A DNA stretch of 64,000 nt from a bacterium (GCA_016789445.1 JAEUQT010000003.1:82600-146599); one strand, 5' to 3'. Numbered from the stretch's first letter, positions 8,111 through 18,287 are shown. Numbers and translations are program-made. Notes: generated by a model from the letters alone, not told the origin.

Positions 8111-9034
8111 CTACCTGAGGATAACTGCTTCTTCTTCGAGCTCGACATCGAATTTCTCTTTCACTTCCCTTTTGATGCGATCGGCGAGTTCACGGACTTC
8201 GCTCGCTTTTGCGTTGCCGGTGTTTACGAGGTAGTTGGGATGCTGCTCACTCGATTGTGCACCACCGATCTGTGCTCCCTTGAGACCTACCTTCTCGATA
8301 AGCCAGCCTGCAGGTACTCTTCCTCCGCGGCTTTGGACACCCTTCTCTTCTTCAAACATGGAGACGATCGCCTGTGGTGCGATGGGATTCATGAAATAGG
8401 AACCTGCAGCGCGGACATTCTGGATGTGGCGCTTTTCACGCTCATGGATGGTCGCCTCAATGGCTGCAACGCTTTCGTTCGGATCGACTTTCTCAAGCTT
8501 CAGGTGCACCTTTGTGATGATCCACTCAGGGTTCTTCTTGAAATAACTTTGTCGGTACGCGAATTCGCACTCTGCATTCGCGAATTCGTGCGTGTCTTCG
8601 GTTTTAGTATTGATTGCGTGCGCATAGACGAGGAAGTCCTTTATCTCAGGACCGAAGGCTCCTGCGTTGCCGCGCACCGCACCGCCAAGGCTGCCTGGAA
8701 TGCCGGAGAGCTTCTCCCAGCCGCCGAGACCTTGTTCAGATGCTGAGCTGATGAGTGAGAGCAAATTGCATCCTGCGTCCGCTTCAAGAATGTCACCGGA
8801 AAATCCGAAATGGTTGCTCACGATGTGGATGACAAGGCCGTCGAAGCCTTCATCAGGAATGAGGAGATTACTTCCGCCGCCGAGGATGAAGAACGGAACG
8901 TCATGTTCACGTGCCCAACCGAGCGCGTCACGGATTTCCTCTTCGGTTTTCACCTCGACGTAGTGTTTTGCTGGCCCGCCGATCTCGAAGGTCGTGAGAC
9001 TAAAAAGTGGCTTATTATTAAGGATTTCTAACAT
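8111..9034 (-). CDS. murB: UDP-N-acetylenolpyruvoylglucosamine reductase (MurB); start reassigned to MLEILNNK
   Basis: FAD-binding PCMH domain (ILGGGSNLL) and MurB C-terminal region; length 308 aa from the internal Met. Confidence 0.9.
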   Translation of the reverse strand: MLEILNNKPLFSLTTFEIGGPAKHYVEVKTEEEIRDALGWAREHDVPFFILGGGSNLLIPDEGFDGLVIHIVSNHFGFSGDILEADAGCNLLSLISSASEQGLGGWEKLSGIPGSLGGAVRGNAGAFGPEIKDFLVYAHAINTKTEDTHEFANAECEFAYRQSYFKKNPEWIITKVHLKLEKVDPNESVAAIEATIHEREKRHIQNVRAAGSYFMNPIAPQAIVSMFEEEKGVQSRGGRVPAGWLIEKVGLKGAQIGGAQSSEQHPNYLVNTGNAKASEVRELADRIKREVKEKFDVELEEEAVILR

Positions 9035-9101
9035 ATTGACATTTACACGTTTTGATGCTATTATTATATCAGAAATCAGCCAAGGGACAAAGGAGTACGT
9101 G

Positions 9102-9299
9102 ATGGTAAAAAAAATCCCCATCGAAGTCTGGGTAGGAATGATGGTAACCTCTTCCATTGCAGCCATAATCGTCATGGTAACTGCCAGCTTTTATACGGAC
9201 TGGGTGACCACCATGAAAATCGCGGCATCTGTCTTGGTTATGCTGATCCTCCTAAAATACCTTGCATACACTTGGATACTGAATTCCAAGAAGCTCTAA
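9102..9299 (+). CDS. hypothetical small membrane protein (65 aa) in an AT-rich pocket
   Basis: aaggag RBS then ATG; two TM helices; local GC clearly below the flanks. Confidence 0.35.
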   Translation: MVKKIPIEVWVGMMVTSSIAAIIVMVTASFYTDWVTTMKIAASVLVMLILLKYLAYTWILNSKKL

Positions 9300-9345
9300 A
9301 TAATTACTGAACATCCTCAACTGGTTGCCCTCTTGGCAGCCAGTT

Positions 9346-11367
9346 TTATTTTTTACGCGTCTCCAGTTTCGATATTTCGTCACGGAGGAGTGCGGCAGTC
9401 TCAAAATCCAAGCGATCGGCTGCTTCGTGCATTTCTATACGCTTCTGCTTGATGAGTTTTTTGATGTCTCCCCCGGCCGCTGCCATGTCGCTCTCGGCGA
9501 GCGTCGCAACGGTACGATCACGCATCTTCTGGATGTCCCCGATGATGTCGTGGATCTTCTTGGCGACCGTCTTCGGCGTGATGCCGTGTTTTTTATTGTA
9601 CGCGATCTGGATTTCGCGACGACGGTTCGTCTCCCCTATCGCGCGCTCCATGGAGCCGGTCTGCATATCAGCATAGAGAAGGACGCGGCCGAGGACGTTG
9701 CGGGCGGCACGACCGATGGTCTGGATGAGTGACGTTTCCGAACGGAGGAAGCCTTCCTTATCGGCATCGAGGATGCCGACGAGTTCGACTTCAGGAAGAT
9801 CGAGTCCCTCGCGAAGCAGGTTCACGCCGACGAGGACATCGAACGCGCCTTTCCGGAAATCGGTGAGCGTCTCGATGCGATCGATGGTCTTCACATCGGA
9901 GTGGATGTAGCGCGTCTTGATGTCCTTCTCCTTCAGGAATTCCGTGAGATCTTCGGCCATCTTCTTGGTAAGGACGGTGACCATGGAGCGGCCGCCGCGC
10001 TTGGTGACGACTTCCGCTTCTTTGATGAAATCGCGTACCTGACCTTCGTAGCCGTCTTTCGCCACGATCGGGCGCACTTCGATCTCCGGATCGATGAGAC
10101 CGGTCGGGCGGATGATCATCTCGACCGGCTTCCCGCCTTCCTTGATCTCGAATTCACCTGGTGTCGCGGAGGTATAGATGGTCTGCCCTGTTTCTTTGCG
10201 GAACTCATCGAATTTCAACGGACGGTTATCGACCGCGCTGGGGAGGCGGAAGCCGTGCTCGATGAGCGTGAGCTTACGTGCACGATCACCTGCATACATC
10301 GCTCCCAACTGCGGCACGGTGACGTGGCTTTCATCGATGATGGTGAGGTAATCCGGCGTACCGTCGGCTTTGTGCGGGAAATACGAAAGGAGGGAATACG
10401 ATGGCTCGCCCGGTGCGCGGCGATCGAAGTGGCGCGAATAGTTTTCGATTCCCGAACAGAAACCGAACTCCTTGATCATCGCGAGATCCTGACGCGTGCG
10501 ACGCTTCAAACGTTCCGCCTCGAGGATCTTCCCTTCCTGATCGAGCTCCTTGAGGCGCTCTTTCAATTCGTGCTCGATATCCTTCACCGCCGCATCCATA
10601 ACATCCTTCGGCGTGACGTACTGTTTCGCCGGAAAGAGGAAAAGCTCAGGCAGTTCTTCGGTAATCGCGCGGGTGATGTGGTCCATCACCTCGATTTTCG
10701 AGACCTTTCCGCCCGCAAGATCGATGCGGTAGATGATGCGTTCCCCTGCGGGCATGAATTCGACGTAGGAACCGAGTGCACGGAAGGTCCCTGGGGAGAG
10801 ATCGCCCGTGGTGCGTTCGAAATACATTGCGATGAGTTTGCGGGTGAGATGGGCGCGCGTCATCGCTTCGCCTTTCTCCAATTTCACGATGTACTTCGCG
10901 TATTCCTGCGGATTACCGAGACCGTAGATGCACGAGACGGACGCCACGATGATGACGTCTTTACGCGTCAGGAGCGCTTGCGTCGCCGCATGGCGCAGAC
11001 GCTCGATGTCTTCGTTGATCATCGCCTCCTTCTCGATATAGGTGTCGGTGACCGGTACGTACGCTTCCGGCTGGTAGTAGTCGTAGTAGGAGACGAAGTA
11101 GTGGACCGCCGCGTCCGGGAAGAATTCGCGGTACTCGGCGGCGAGCTGCGCGGCGAGCGTCTTGTTGTGGGCGATGACCAGTGTGGCTTTTCCGTGCTTC
11201 GCGATGACGTTCGCCATCGTGTAGGTCTTTCCGGAACCGGTGACACCGAGGAGCGTCTGATCACGCTTTCCCTCCTGAAGCCCTTTCATCATGGCTGAAA
11301 TAGCCTGCGGCTGGTCGCCGGAGGGTTCGTAGTCGCTCGTGAGGGTGAACGGAGATTGATTTTTCAC
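9346..11367 (-). CDS. uvrB: excinuclease ABC subunit B (UvrB)
   Basis: Helicase motifs ([12 protein letters not shown]), UvrB beta-hairpin region, C-terminal UVR domain. Confidence 0.95.
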   Translation of the reverse strand: MKNQSPFTLTSDYEPSGDQPQAISAMMKGLQEGKRDQTLLGVTGSGKTYTMANVIAKHGKATLVIAHNKTLAAQLAAEYREFFPDAAVHYFVSYYDYYQPEAYVPVTDTYIEKEAMINEDIERLRHAATQALLTRKDVIIVASVSCIYGLGNPQEYAKYIVKLEKGEAMTRAHLTRKLIAMYFERTTGDLSPGTFRALGSYVEFMPAGERIIYRIDLAGGKVSKIEVMDHITRAITEELPELFLFPAKQYVTPKDVMDAAVKDIEHELKERLKELDQEGKILEAERLKRRTRQDLAMIKEFGFCSGIENYSRHFDRRAPGEPSYSLLSYFPHKADGTPDYLTIIDESHVTVPQLGAMYAGDRARKLTLIEHGFRLPSAVDNRPLKFDEFRKETGQTIYTSATPGEFEIKEGGKPVEMIIRPTGLIDPEIEVRPIVAKDGYEGQVRDFIKEAEVVTKRGGRSMVTVLTKKMAEDLTEFLKEKDIKTRYIHSDVKTIDRIETLTDFRKGAFDVLVGVNLLREGLDLPEVELVGILDADKEGFLRSETSLIQTIGRAARNVLGRVLLYADMQTGSMERAIGETNRRREIQIAYNKKHGITPKTVAKKIHDIIGDIQKMRDRTVATLAESDMAAAGGDIKKLIKQKRIEMHEAADRLDFETAALLRDEISKLETRKK

Positions 11368-11414
11368 AGGTACATGGTATTATTTTTCGAGCTATTCTGC
11401 AAACGGAGGGACAC

Positions 11415-11621
11415 GTGACGACATTCATGCAGGAGCTTCGTAAGAACCAGAAGAAATTCGGGAAACGACTCAGTGTCGGCGAACTGCAGATGCGCATCCA
11501 GTCAGAGGAGAAATTCCGCGAGGATGACCCTGCAGAAGCCGCGGCCCAGCAGCGACTCATCGAGTCACTCAAAGCCCAGCGCGACAAGCGCTTGAAACGA
11601 CTATTCAACGGCAGCCGCTAG
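11415..11621 (+). CDS. hypothetical small basic protein (68 aa)
   Basis: acggaggg RBS; terminator follows directly. Confidence 0.4.
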   Translation: MTTFMQELRKNQKKFGKRLSVGELQMRIQSEEKFREDDPAEAAAQQRLIESLKAQRDKRLKRLFNGSR

Positions 11622-11638
11622 GCTGCCGTTTCTTTTTT
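11607..11638. terminator. bidirectional intrinsic terminator (aacggcagcc gcta ggctgccgtt tctttttt)
   Basis: Hairpin plus T-tract between the 11415 ORF (+) and tyrS (-). Confidence 0.6.
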
Positions 11639-12884
11639 AATCGAGCACCAAGACGGCGCTCTGGCGCTTCCCTCGCTTCAATATCGCGAGATTGTTCTGG
11701 AAATCCGATTCTTGGAGGACACGCGCGACATCGGTCACCTTTTCATCGCCGAGGGAGATGGCTCCGTCTTCGATGAATTGACGGGCCTCACGCTTCGAGG
11801 CCGCAAGATTGGCTGCGATCAGCGCATCAACGACCGGAAGACCGAGCTGGATGCCGGCATTCGGCGCTTCCTGCGCGAGGAGTTGTCTCGCATCGCGCGA
11901 GACTTCTGCGAGGGTTTTCTCTCCGAAGAGGACTGCCGAGACGTTTTCTGCATTCTCTGCTGCCTCGGCGCCATGCACGATCGTGGTGACGGCGCGTGCG
12001 AGCTCCTTCTGCGCGAGACGCGAGCCCGGCTCCCCTTTGTGGGCATTCATGATGCTCTCCACTTCGTGGAAATGCAGGAGCGTGAGCTTGAGGAGAAGCT
12101 CCTCGACCGCTTCGTCGTCGACATTGAGGAAGAACTGGTAGAAGGCATAGGGGGAGGTCTTTTTCGGATCGAGCCAGATCGCGCCCTGTTCGCTCTTGCC
12201 GAACTTCTTACCGGTGGATTTATTCACGATGAGCGGCCACGTAAGCGCATGGACTTCCTTCTCGCTCCTGCGGCGGATGAATTCGACGCCCGCGAGAAGA
12301 TTGGACCACTGATCGGAGCCGCCGACCTGCAGATCGACGCCGTAGGTGTCGTTGAGATGGAAATAATCGTAGCCCTGCAACAAGGAGTAGCTGAATTCCG
12401 TGAACGAGATCGGGGATTCGGCATCAAGACGGTTCTTCACGATATCCTTCTTGATCATCGCATTCACCGTGAAGTGTTTGCCGACATCGCGGAGGAATTC
12501 GAGGAGCTTCAGTTTCGAGAGCCACTCGGCGTTGTTCACTTCGATGAAATCCGAGGAGCCGAAGACCTGACGGATCTGCTTCGCGACCGCCTTCGTGTTG
12601 TGTTCGATCGTCGCTTCGTCGAGAAGATTGCGCTCGGCGCTCTTTCCTCCCGGATCGCCGATCATGCCGGTGCCACCGCCGGTAAGGATGACGATGCGGT
12701 GTCCTGCTTCGAGGAACCGACGAAGGACGATGAGCCCCATCAGGTTACCGACATGCAAGGAGTCCGCACTCGGATCGATGCCGAGGTAGAGCGTGCGCTT
12801 CTCACCGTCGGTGATCTCTTCGAGGGTTTCAGACGAATGCTGGTGGACATAGCCACGCTGGCGCAGGAGTTCTGAAAGCTTCAT
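11637..12884 (-). CDS. tyrS: tyrosine--tRNA ligase (TyrRS)
   Basis: Class I HIGH-like (SLHVGNL) and KMSKS-like (KFGKS) motifs; C-terminal S4 domain. Confidence 0.95.
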   Translation of the reverse strand: MKLSELLRQRGYVHQHSSETLEEITDGEKRTLYLGIDPSADSLHVGNLMGLIVLRRFLEAGHRIVILTGGGTGMIGDPGGKSAERNLLDEATIEHNTKAVAKQIRQVFGSSDFIEVNNAEWLSKLKLLEFLRDVGKHFTVNAMIKKDIVKNRLDAESPISFTEFSYSLLQGYDYFHLNDTYGVDLQVGGSDQWSNLLAGVEFIRRRSEKEVHALTWPLIVNKSTGKKFGKSEQGAIWLDPKKTSPYAFYQFFLNVDDEAVEELLLKLTLLHFHEVESIMNAHKGEPGSRLAQKELARAVTTIVHGAEAAENAENVSAVLFGEKTLAEVSRDARQLLAQEAPNAGIQLGLPVVDALIAANLAASKREARQFIEDGAISLGDEKVTDVARVLQESDFQNNLAILKRGKRQSAVLVLD

Positions 12885-13023
12885 CCCATTAGAAATAGAA
12901 CACGGACTACAAAGTTCCGCACTCTACTTCATTACGGCATATAAAACCGACCTGTATGAGAAGTTCAGATTTCGCGCGTCCGCGATTTCTAACGGGATAC
13001 ATGCAGCAGAATATAGCACGGAT

Positions 13024-13053
13024 TCAAAAAGCGGGTGTCCGGTAGGACACCCG
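13024..13053 (-). terminator. minus-strand hairpin plus T-tract (cgggtgtcc ggtag gacacccg) in the tyrS upstream region
   Basis: Read from the sequence; 140 nt upstream of the tyrS start. Confidence 0.4.
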
Positions 13054-13140
13054 AGGCTGCATTCGCGGATACGGGAGATGGGCAGGGCGCACCTCTGTTC
13101 CGTGTTCATTGCATCATGCGGCCAGCCGGTGTGGGTGGGA

Positions 13141-13171
13141 TGAAAAGAAAAGGCCTCGCTGACGCGAGGCC
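13141..13171 (-). terminator. minus-strand hairpin plus T-tract (ggcctcgc tgac gcgaggcc)
   Basis: Read from the sequence. Confidence 0.4.
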
Positions 13172-13277
13172 TGTAAGGTGCGAATGCGGCGAATGCCTCC
13201 ATAGTGGTGGCAGTTGACTTCAGAGACAGTCCCCCGATTCGTCCCGTGAATATACCACAGATTCATGATGTGTCCAT

Positions 13278-13303
13278 GAAAAAGGGCCATCGGAGGATGG
13301 CCC
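13278..13303 (-). terminator. minus-strand hairpin plus T-tract (gggccatc ggag gatggccc), about 95 nt downstream of the zincin gene
   Basis: Read from the sequence. Confidence 0.45.
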
Positions 13304-13395
13304 AAGTCACGTGGCTGTGCACTTGCAAACGCAGCGCCGTTTCCGAACTTCGGAGAAGCGCAACTACATACACTGTAGCAAGCCCCGCTAATGCG

Positions 13396-13788
13396 TCAAA
13401 TGCGGCCGTCGCGGATATTTTCGCGATGCCTTACTTCGTGCTCATCGAGGCCCATGTAGTGCCCGACTTCATGCCAGATTGTTTCCGCGACCACCTGCGC
13501 TACTGAGAGCTCATCTTCTTGAGCAGCATGCTCGATGGGCAGCTGGTAGAGCGTGATGGTATCCGGCATGGTGATCCCGACGCCGTAGTGATCGCCGCGC
13601 GCGGTAAGCGGGATGCCTTGGTAGTAGCCGAGGAGCGTTTCGTCTTCTTCGAGACCTTCGCGCACTCTCACTTCCTCAGACGGTTCATCTTCGATGAGAA
13701 TGGCGACGTTCTTGATCTTCGCGCGCACCCATTCCGGCAGCTTCTCGTAGCCTTCTTCGATCAGCTTCTCGAATTCCTCCCGTGACAT
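13396..13788 (-). CDS. zincin-like metallopeptidase family protein (HExxH: HEVGHYMGLDE)
   Basis: Small (~130 aa) HExxH protein of the 'possible zinc metallopeptidase' type; last gene of the lysS operon. Confidence 0.7.
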   Translation of the reverse strand: MSREEFEKLIEEGYEKLPEWVRAKIKNVAILIEDEPSEEVRVREGLEEDETLLGYYQGIPLTARGDHYGVGITMPDTITLYQLPIEHAAQEDELSVAQVVAETIWHEVGHYMGLDEHEVRHRENIRDGRI

Positions 13789-13803
13789 CAGCGCATCCTA
13801 GTA

Positions 13804-14340
13804 TCACACACCGGGATTCACAAGCTCGGCGAATCGTTTGCGGACTTTCTCGATCTTCGGCTCGATGACGAGCATGCAATACGGCGCTGATGTGTGGTTG
13901 GCGTAGTAGTTCCGGTGGTAATCCTCTGCGGGATAAAAGTCCGTTGCGGGAACGAGCTGCGTAACGACGCGCGTGCCGTCGTTGAGGGACTCATCCACTT
14001 CCTTGATGATGCGTTCGGCGGTCTTCTTCTCTTCCTCGTCGGCGTAGAAAATGATGGAGCGGTACTGTTCGCCGATGTCGTTCCCCTGCCGGTTCGGCGT
14101 CGTCGGATCGTGCGAGCCGAAAAAGACCGTGATGAGGTCTTCGTAGCTGACGAGCGAAGGATCGTACGTGATACGGATCACTTCCGCGTGACCGGTAGTT
14201 CCGGCACTCACTTCGGCGTACGTCGGATTCACGACGTGGCCACCGGCGTATCCCGGTTCGACTTTCGTCACGCCCTTCAGCATCAGGAATACCGCCTCCG
14301 TGCACCAGAAGCAACCGTTGCCGAAGACCACCTGCTTCAT
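13804..14340 (-). CDS. msrA: peptide-methionine (S)-S-oxide reductase MsrA
   Basis: GCFWC active-site motif. Confidence 0.9.
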   Translation of the reverse strand: MKQVVFGNGCFWCTEAVFLMLKGVTKVEPGYAGGHVVNPTYAEVSAGTTGHAEVIRITYDPSLVSYEDLITVFFGSHDPTTPNRQGNDIGEQYRSIIFYADEEEKKTAERIIKEVDESLNDGTRVVTQLVPATDFYPAEDYHRNYYANHTSAPYCMLVIEPKIEKVRKRFAELVNPGV

Positions 14341-15254
14341 ACCGCTTGGGCAACCGCTTCAGGCAGTTTGGGTGAATTGAGCTGCGCGACCTTGTACATG
14401 GCAAAAAGCAGGATCGCGGCGGCGAGGTATTGGGTCCAGATGAGCGTCGTGCCGTAGAGGAAGTAGTCGATGATGATGGCGGTCATCGGGAACGCGAGCT
14501 CCACGATCGCCGAGATACGCGCAGGAGTCGTTTTCAGGCCGCGATAATAGATCCACAGCGCGAGCATGCCGGTGGAGAGCGCGATGCCGAAGAGTGTGAG
14601 AAGTTGGATCCCCGTGACCGCGGTGACGGAATCAAGCTGGCCGAAACCGATCACGAATCCGAATGCCAAGGGAACGGTGAGGAGGAACCGCATACCGGTT
14701 ACCAAGGTATTGCTGTGTCCGATGAGCACGTAGCGCGAGAAGGCGGTGGAGGAACCCCACGCGATCGCCGCAGCGAGCGCCAGAAGCGCGGCGCTGACGT
14801 GTGCACCATCTCCCGACATATTCACGACGCCGTTCGGGAAGGTCATGAAGTATCCGGCGACCAAGGCGAGTGCGGCCCACGGCAGATACTTGGTACTCAC
14901 CTTTTCCCCGAGCACGAACCACGCCGTGATGATGGTGAAGATCGGCTGCAGCTTCTGGAGGAGGAAGACGACGCTGAAGGAGATGTAATTGACCTTCATC
15001 AGTGCCGTCGTGAAAAAAAGCGTCCCGAGGACGCCTGAAAGAAGCGAGACGAGGCCGAGCGCGGTGAGTTCGTTCTTGCTGAGCACTTCCTCCTTCCATG
15101 CTTTCCAGAGGAACGGCGCGATGAGGATGGCGCCGATGAGGTGTTCATAGAACACGATCGTTGCCGGCGGGAGACCGTAGAGCGAGCGTCGCAGGATGCC
15201 ATCCAGGCCCCACAAGACAGCGGCGATGAAGATAAGCAGAGGCCCGTACTGCAT
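14337..15254 (-). CDS. DMT superfamily transporter (EamA-like, 10 TM)
   Basis: Two EamA repeats; 4-nt overlap with msrA. Confidence 0.85.
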   Translation of the reverse strand: MQYGPLLIFIAAVLWGLDGILRRSLYGLPPATIVFYEHLIGAILIAPFLWKAWKEEVLSKNELTALGLVSLLSGVLGTLFFTTALMKVNYISFSVVFLLQKLQPIFTIITAWFVLGEKVSTKYLPWAALALVAGYFMTFPNGVVNMSGDGAHVSAALLALAAAIAWGSSTAFSRYVLIGHSNTLVTGMRFLLTVPLAFGFVIGFGQLDSVTAVTGIQLLTLFGIALSTGMLALWIYYRGLKTTPARISAIVELAFPMTAIIIDYFLYGTTLIWTQYLAAAILLFAMYKVAQLNSPKLPEAVAQAV

Positions 15255-15280
15255 AGCGGCAGTATACCGCGAAACGACGC

Positions 15281-16741
15281 CTATTCCGACTTCGGGCGAA
15301 GGAGCGGGAAGATCTGGGATTCGTGGGCGGGGCGATTCTCGAGAAACGCGAATAATCTCTCCGAGACGCCGAAGCCGAAGGCCGGCGGCATGCCGTATTC
15401 CATCGCTTTCACGTAATCCTCGTCGAGGCGCTGCGCTTCGTCATCGCCTGCATCGCGGAGTTGTTGTTGTTCTTCAAAGCGTGCGCGCTGATCCTGCGGG
15501 TCGTTGAGTTCGCTGAAGCCCTTGCCGACTTCGGAGCCGGCGATAAGAACCTGGAATCGTTCGACGACATTCGGATTCGTCTTCGAGCGTTTCGCGAGCG
15601 GTTCGAGATAGACCGGAACACCGACGAGGAATGCCGGGCCTGAAATCTTCTTGCGGAGCTGCTTCCAGAGATTATCGATGGCGCGTGCTTTGTTGGGCGA
15701 ATCGCCGAGGTCCACTTTCGCGTCGCGTGCGGCCTGGATGGCCTCCTCTTCGGTGCAGCTGATCGGATTCACGCCGAATGCCTTCTCGATCTCCTCGCAG
15801 AAATCGACGAGCGGCCATTCTTCAGCAAAATCGACGGTGTGCTCCCCTATTTCGAACGTGTATTTCGCATAGACCGCATTCACGATGTGACGATAGAGAT
15901 CCTTCGTGAACTCCATCCCCTTTTTCATGTCGCTGTAGGCCTCGTACGTCTCGAGCTGGACGTAATCCTGCAGGTGTTCGCGTGACTGGCCTTCGTTGCG
16001 GAAGATGCGGCCGATCTCGAAGACCTTCGGGAACCCCGCGACGAGAAGACGCTTCTGCCACAATTCCAGCGAGATACGGAGGTACACATCCATATCCAGC
16101 GAGTTGTGCTTCGTGATGAACGGACGCGCATCGGCGCCGCCGGGGGAATTCTCAAGGACCGGCGTCTCGACTTCGACGAAACCTTTCAGCGTGAGGAATT
16201 CGCGGATCGATCGCCAGAATGCGGCGCGGCGCTCGAACATGGCGCGGACATCTTCGTTGAGGAGGATGTCGAGGTATCGCTGGCGCAATATCGCTTCCTC
16301 GTCTTTGAGGCCGAACCACTGATCGGGGATCGGCATGAGGCTCTTCGCGAGCATCTTCCATTCCTTTACCTTGAGCGATTGGTGACCGCGCTGCGTCTTG
16401 AACGCGATGCCGCTTACCTGTATGAAATCACCGATATCCGCGGCCGAGGCGAAAAGATCGAACAGCGCATCATCGAATTCCCCTTTCTGGAAGACGGCCT
16501 GCGCCTTGCCGGTACCGTCGAAGAGATCGACGAACATGATGCCGCCTTGGCCGCGCTTGGACATGACACGGCCCGCGAGGGTGACGGGTGTCGCGGATGC
16601 TTCGAGATCATCGAAACGTAGGAGAAAATCTGCAGCGTCGGTGTCTTTTTCGGTTTGTGCCGGATACGGCTCCATTCCTGCGAGCTGGAGGAGCTCCAAT
16701 TTCTTCAACCGATCCTGCTTGAGGTCGTCGCCGCTTGCCAT
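15281..16741 (-). CDS. lysS: lysine--tRNA ligase, class II (LysRS)
   Basis: N-terminal OB anticodon-binding domain; class II motifs including FRNEG. Confidence 0.95.
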   Translation of the reverse strand: MASGDDLKQDRLKKLELLQLAGMEPYPAQTEKDTDAADFLLRFDDLEASATPVTLAGRVMSKRGQGGIMFVDLFDGTGKAQAVFQKGEFDDALFDLFASAADIGDFIQVSGIAFKTQRGHQSLKVKEWKMLAKSLMPIPDQWFGLKDEEAILRQRYLDILLNEDVRAMFERRAAFWRSIREFLTLKGFVEVETPVLENSPGGADARPFITKHNSLDMDVYLRISLELWQKRLLVAGFPKVFEIGRIFRNEGQSREHLQDYVQLETYEAYSDMKKGMEFTKDLYRHIVNAVYAKYTFEIGEHTVDFAEEWPLVDFCEEIEKAFGVNPISCTEEEAIQAARDAKVDLGDSPNKARAIDNLWKQLRKKISGPAFLVGVPVYLEPLAKRSKTNPNVVERFQVLIAGSEVGKGFSELNDPQDQRARFEEQQQLRDAGDDEAQRLDEDYVKAMEYGMPPAFGFGVSERLFAFLENRPAHESQIFPLLRPKSE

Positions 16742-16759
16742 GAGTGAGAATATAGCACG

Positions 16760-17185
16760 CTACTCGGCCGCTACGCAGTCGGCGTAGGTGATGCTCTCAC
16801 CCTCCTGCAGATACGCGTCGTTACCCTTGCCGCGGAATTCGATGGTCTCCGAACTGTTGGTGTAGCGGATGCCGCTGCCGGAGATGGCCTGATTGAGCGT
16901 GAGTTGTCGGCCGTCGGAGAGCGTGAGATCGACGAGGTCGCGTACGAAGACCGCGGTCATCGTCTTGCCGCCGCTGCAGGTGAAGGTCGCCAAGGCCTCT
17001 TCGCCGCCATGCGCGCTTACCTCGCTGCTCTCCGGTGGCGGGGATTCCTCATGGCCGCGTTGCTGCTGCGGTTTCGGCGGAAGCGCGTCGTTGTGCGCGG
17101 TCTCGATATTGAGCGACGTGTAGTACCACAGACTGCCCGAGAGGATGACGATGGCTGCAGCGATGAGTGCGTACATCTTATTCAT
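16760..17185 (-). CDS. MliC-family protein (membrane-bound lysozyme-inhibitor-like); start reassigned to MNKMYAL
   Basis: Signal/anchor segment, SGSGIRY motif, Cys pair spacing typical of MliC. Confidence 0.65.
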   Translation of the reverse strand: MNKMYALIAAAIVILSGSLWYYTSLNIETAHNDALPPKPQQQRGHEESPPPESSEVSAHGGEEALATFTCSGGKTMTAVFVRDLVDLTLSDGRQLTLNQAISGSGIRYTNSSETIEFRGKGNDAYLQEGESITYADCVAAE

Positions 17186-17192
17186 ACCGGAA

Positions 17193-18272
17193 TTATACCC
17201 CTTCCCGCTTGATGAGCATGCGTACCGCGACGGCCGTCGTGATAGGGACCGCAAGGACCAATCCGATGGATCCGACGAGGATACGGACGATTTCCGTCGC
17301 AAACATCTCGCGGTTGATGGTGAGACCGAGGTTGAGATCGCCCGTCTGGTAGAAAAGAAGGAGGAGCGGGAGGCCCGCGCCGAGATAGGCGATCGCAAGC
17401 GTGTTTACGAGTGCGCCGACATGCTCGCGGCCGATGCGGATGGCTCGCTGGTAGATCTCCTTGCGGGAAAGGTCCTTGCCGGCACGGCCGAGTTCTTCCA
17501 CGGCGACTGCCTGACCGATCGCTCCGTCGTAGAGGACGCCAAGGAGTCCGATAAGGATTCCTCCCAAGAGAAGACCGGCGAGATCGATGGCGCCGCGCGC
17601 ATTCAGGTTGAGATAGGTCACCTCTTCGCCGCTCCAGCCTTCGAGATGCGTGAGATAGATCGCTGCGTACGCAAGCAGGCCGGTGAGAATGATGGTGAAG
17701 ATCATGCCGACGACCGCCGCAGACGTCATCCTATTGAAGCCGTGGGTCACGTAGGAGCCGAGCGTGACGATGATCGCGGCGACGCCGATGGAGACGAGGA
17801 TCGGCGAATAGCCGTTGAGGATGCCCGGCAGAAGGAATGCGCCGATGAATACGAGGCTGCCGATGAGGGCAAGAAGACCGCGCGCGCCTTGTTTGCCGCC
17901 GAAAACCAGCGTGACGACGATAAAGAGGATGAGAAGCCCGAGCAGTGCGGGCGTGCGATCGCGCTCGAGGACCGAATAATAGTCGGTGCCGTCGTACGCG
18001 CTGGTCGTGTGGTTGAGGAAAAAGACATCTCCTTCTTCGAGCTCGAGATAATCATTCTCGATGATAACCTCTTTGCCCTCTTCGGGTGCTTCGAGGATGA
18101 CGGCACGGATAGTCTGATGCTTCGCCGTGAGATCCATGCCGGGGATCTGACGGATTTCCTCGGTAACGACCTGGATCACCTCCGCTTTCATCGTTACGAC
18201 GGTGTCAGCGACGAGTTCTTGGGCGCCAGCGAGACTCGGGATGAGAAGGATGGTGAAGAGAAGTGCTTTCAT
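17193..18272 (-). CDS. YibE/F family membrane protein
   Basis: Signal peptide, extracytoplasmic domain, then multi-TM YibE/F-like region. Confidence 0.8.
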   Translation of the reverse strand: MKALLFTILLIPSLAGAQELVADTVVTMKAEVIQVVTEEIRQIPGMDLTAKHQTIRAVILEAPEEGKEVIIENDYLELEEGDVFFLNHTTSAYDGTDYYSVLERDRTPALLGLLILFIVVTLVFGGKQGARGLLALIGSLVFIGAFLLPGILNGYSPILVSIGVAAIIVTLGSYVTHGFNRMTSAAVVGMIFTIILTGLLAYAAIYLTHLEGWSGEEVTYLNLNARGAIDLAGLLLGGILIGLLGVLYDGAIGQAVAVEELGRAGKDLSRKEIYQRAIRIGREHVGALVNTLAIAYLGAGLPLLLLFYQTGDLNLGLTINREMFATEIVRILVGSIGLVLAVPITTAVAVRMLIKREGV

Positions 18273-18287
18273 GGATTCAGTATAGCC

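Noticed and set aside
9901-11298. 465-aa plus-strand ORF, and similar long ORFs at 11712-12875 (+), 17145-18356 (+), 57847-59331 (+), 60647-61603 (-), 3019-3891 (+), 19624-20289 (-)
   Set aside because: All lie antisense to strongly conserved genes (uvrB, tyrS, YibE/F, HK, M50 protease, uvrC, msrB). Their Arg/Asp/Gly/Glu-rich low-complexity composition is typical of antisense frames in GC-rich DNA, and they carry no motifs.
12885-13180. T-box riboswitch upstream of tyrS
   Set aside because: Architecture is suggestive (terminator in the leader) but the T-box consensus AGGGTGGNACCGCG is not present on the tyrS strand. A GGGTGG run exists only on the opposite strand. Kept as an unexplained leader in the findings.
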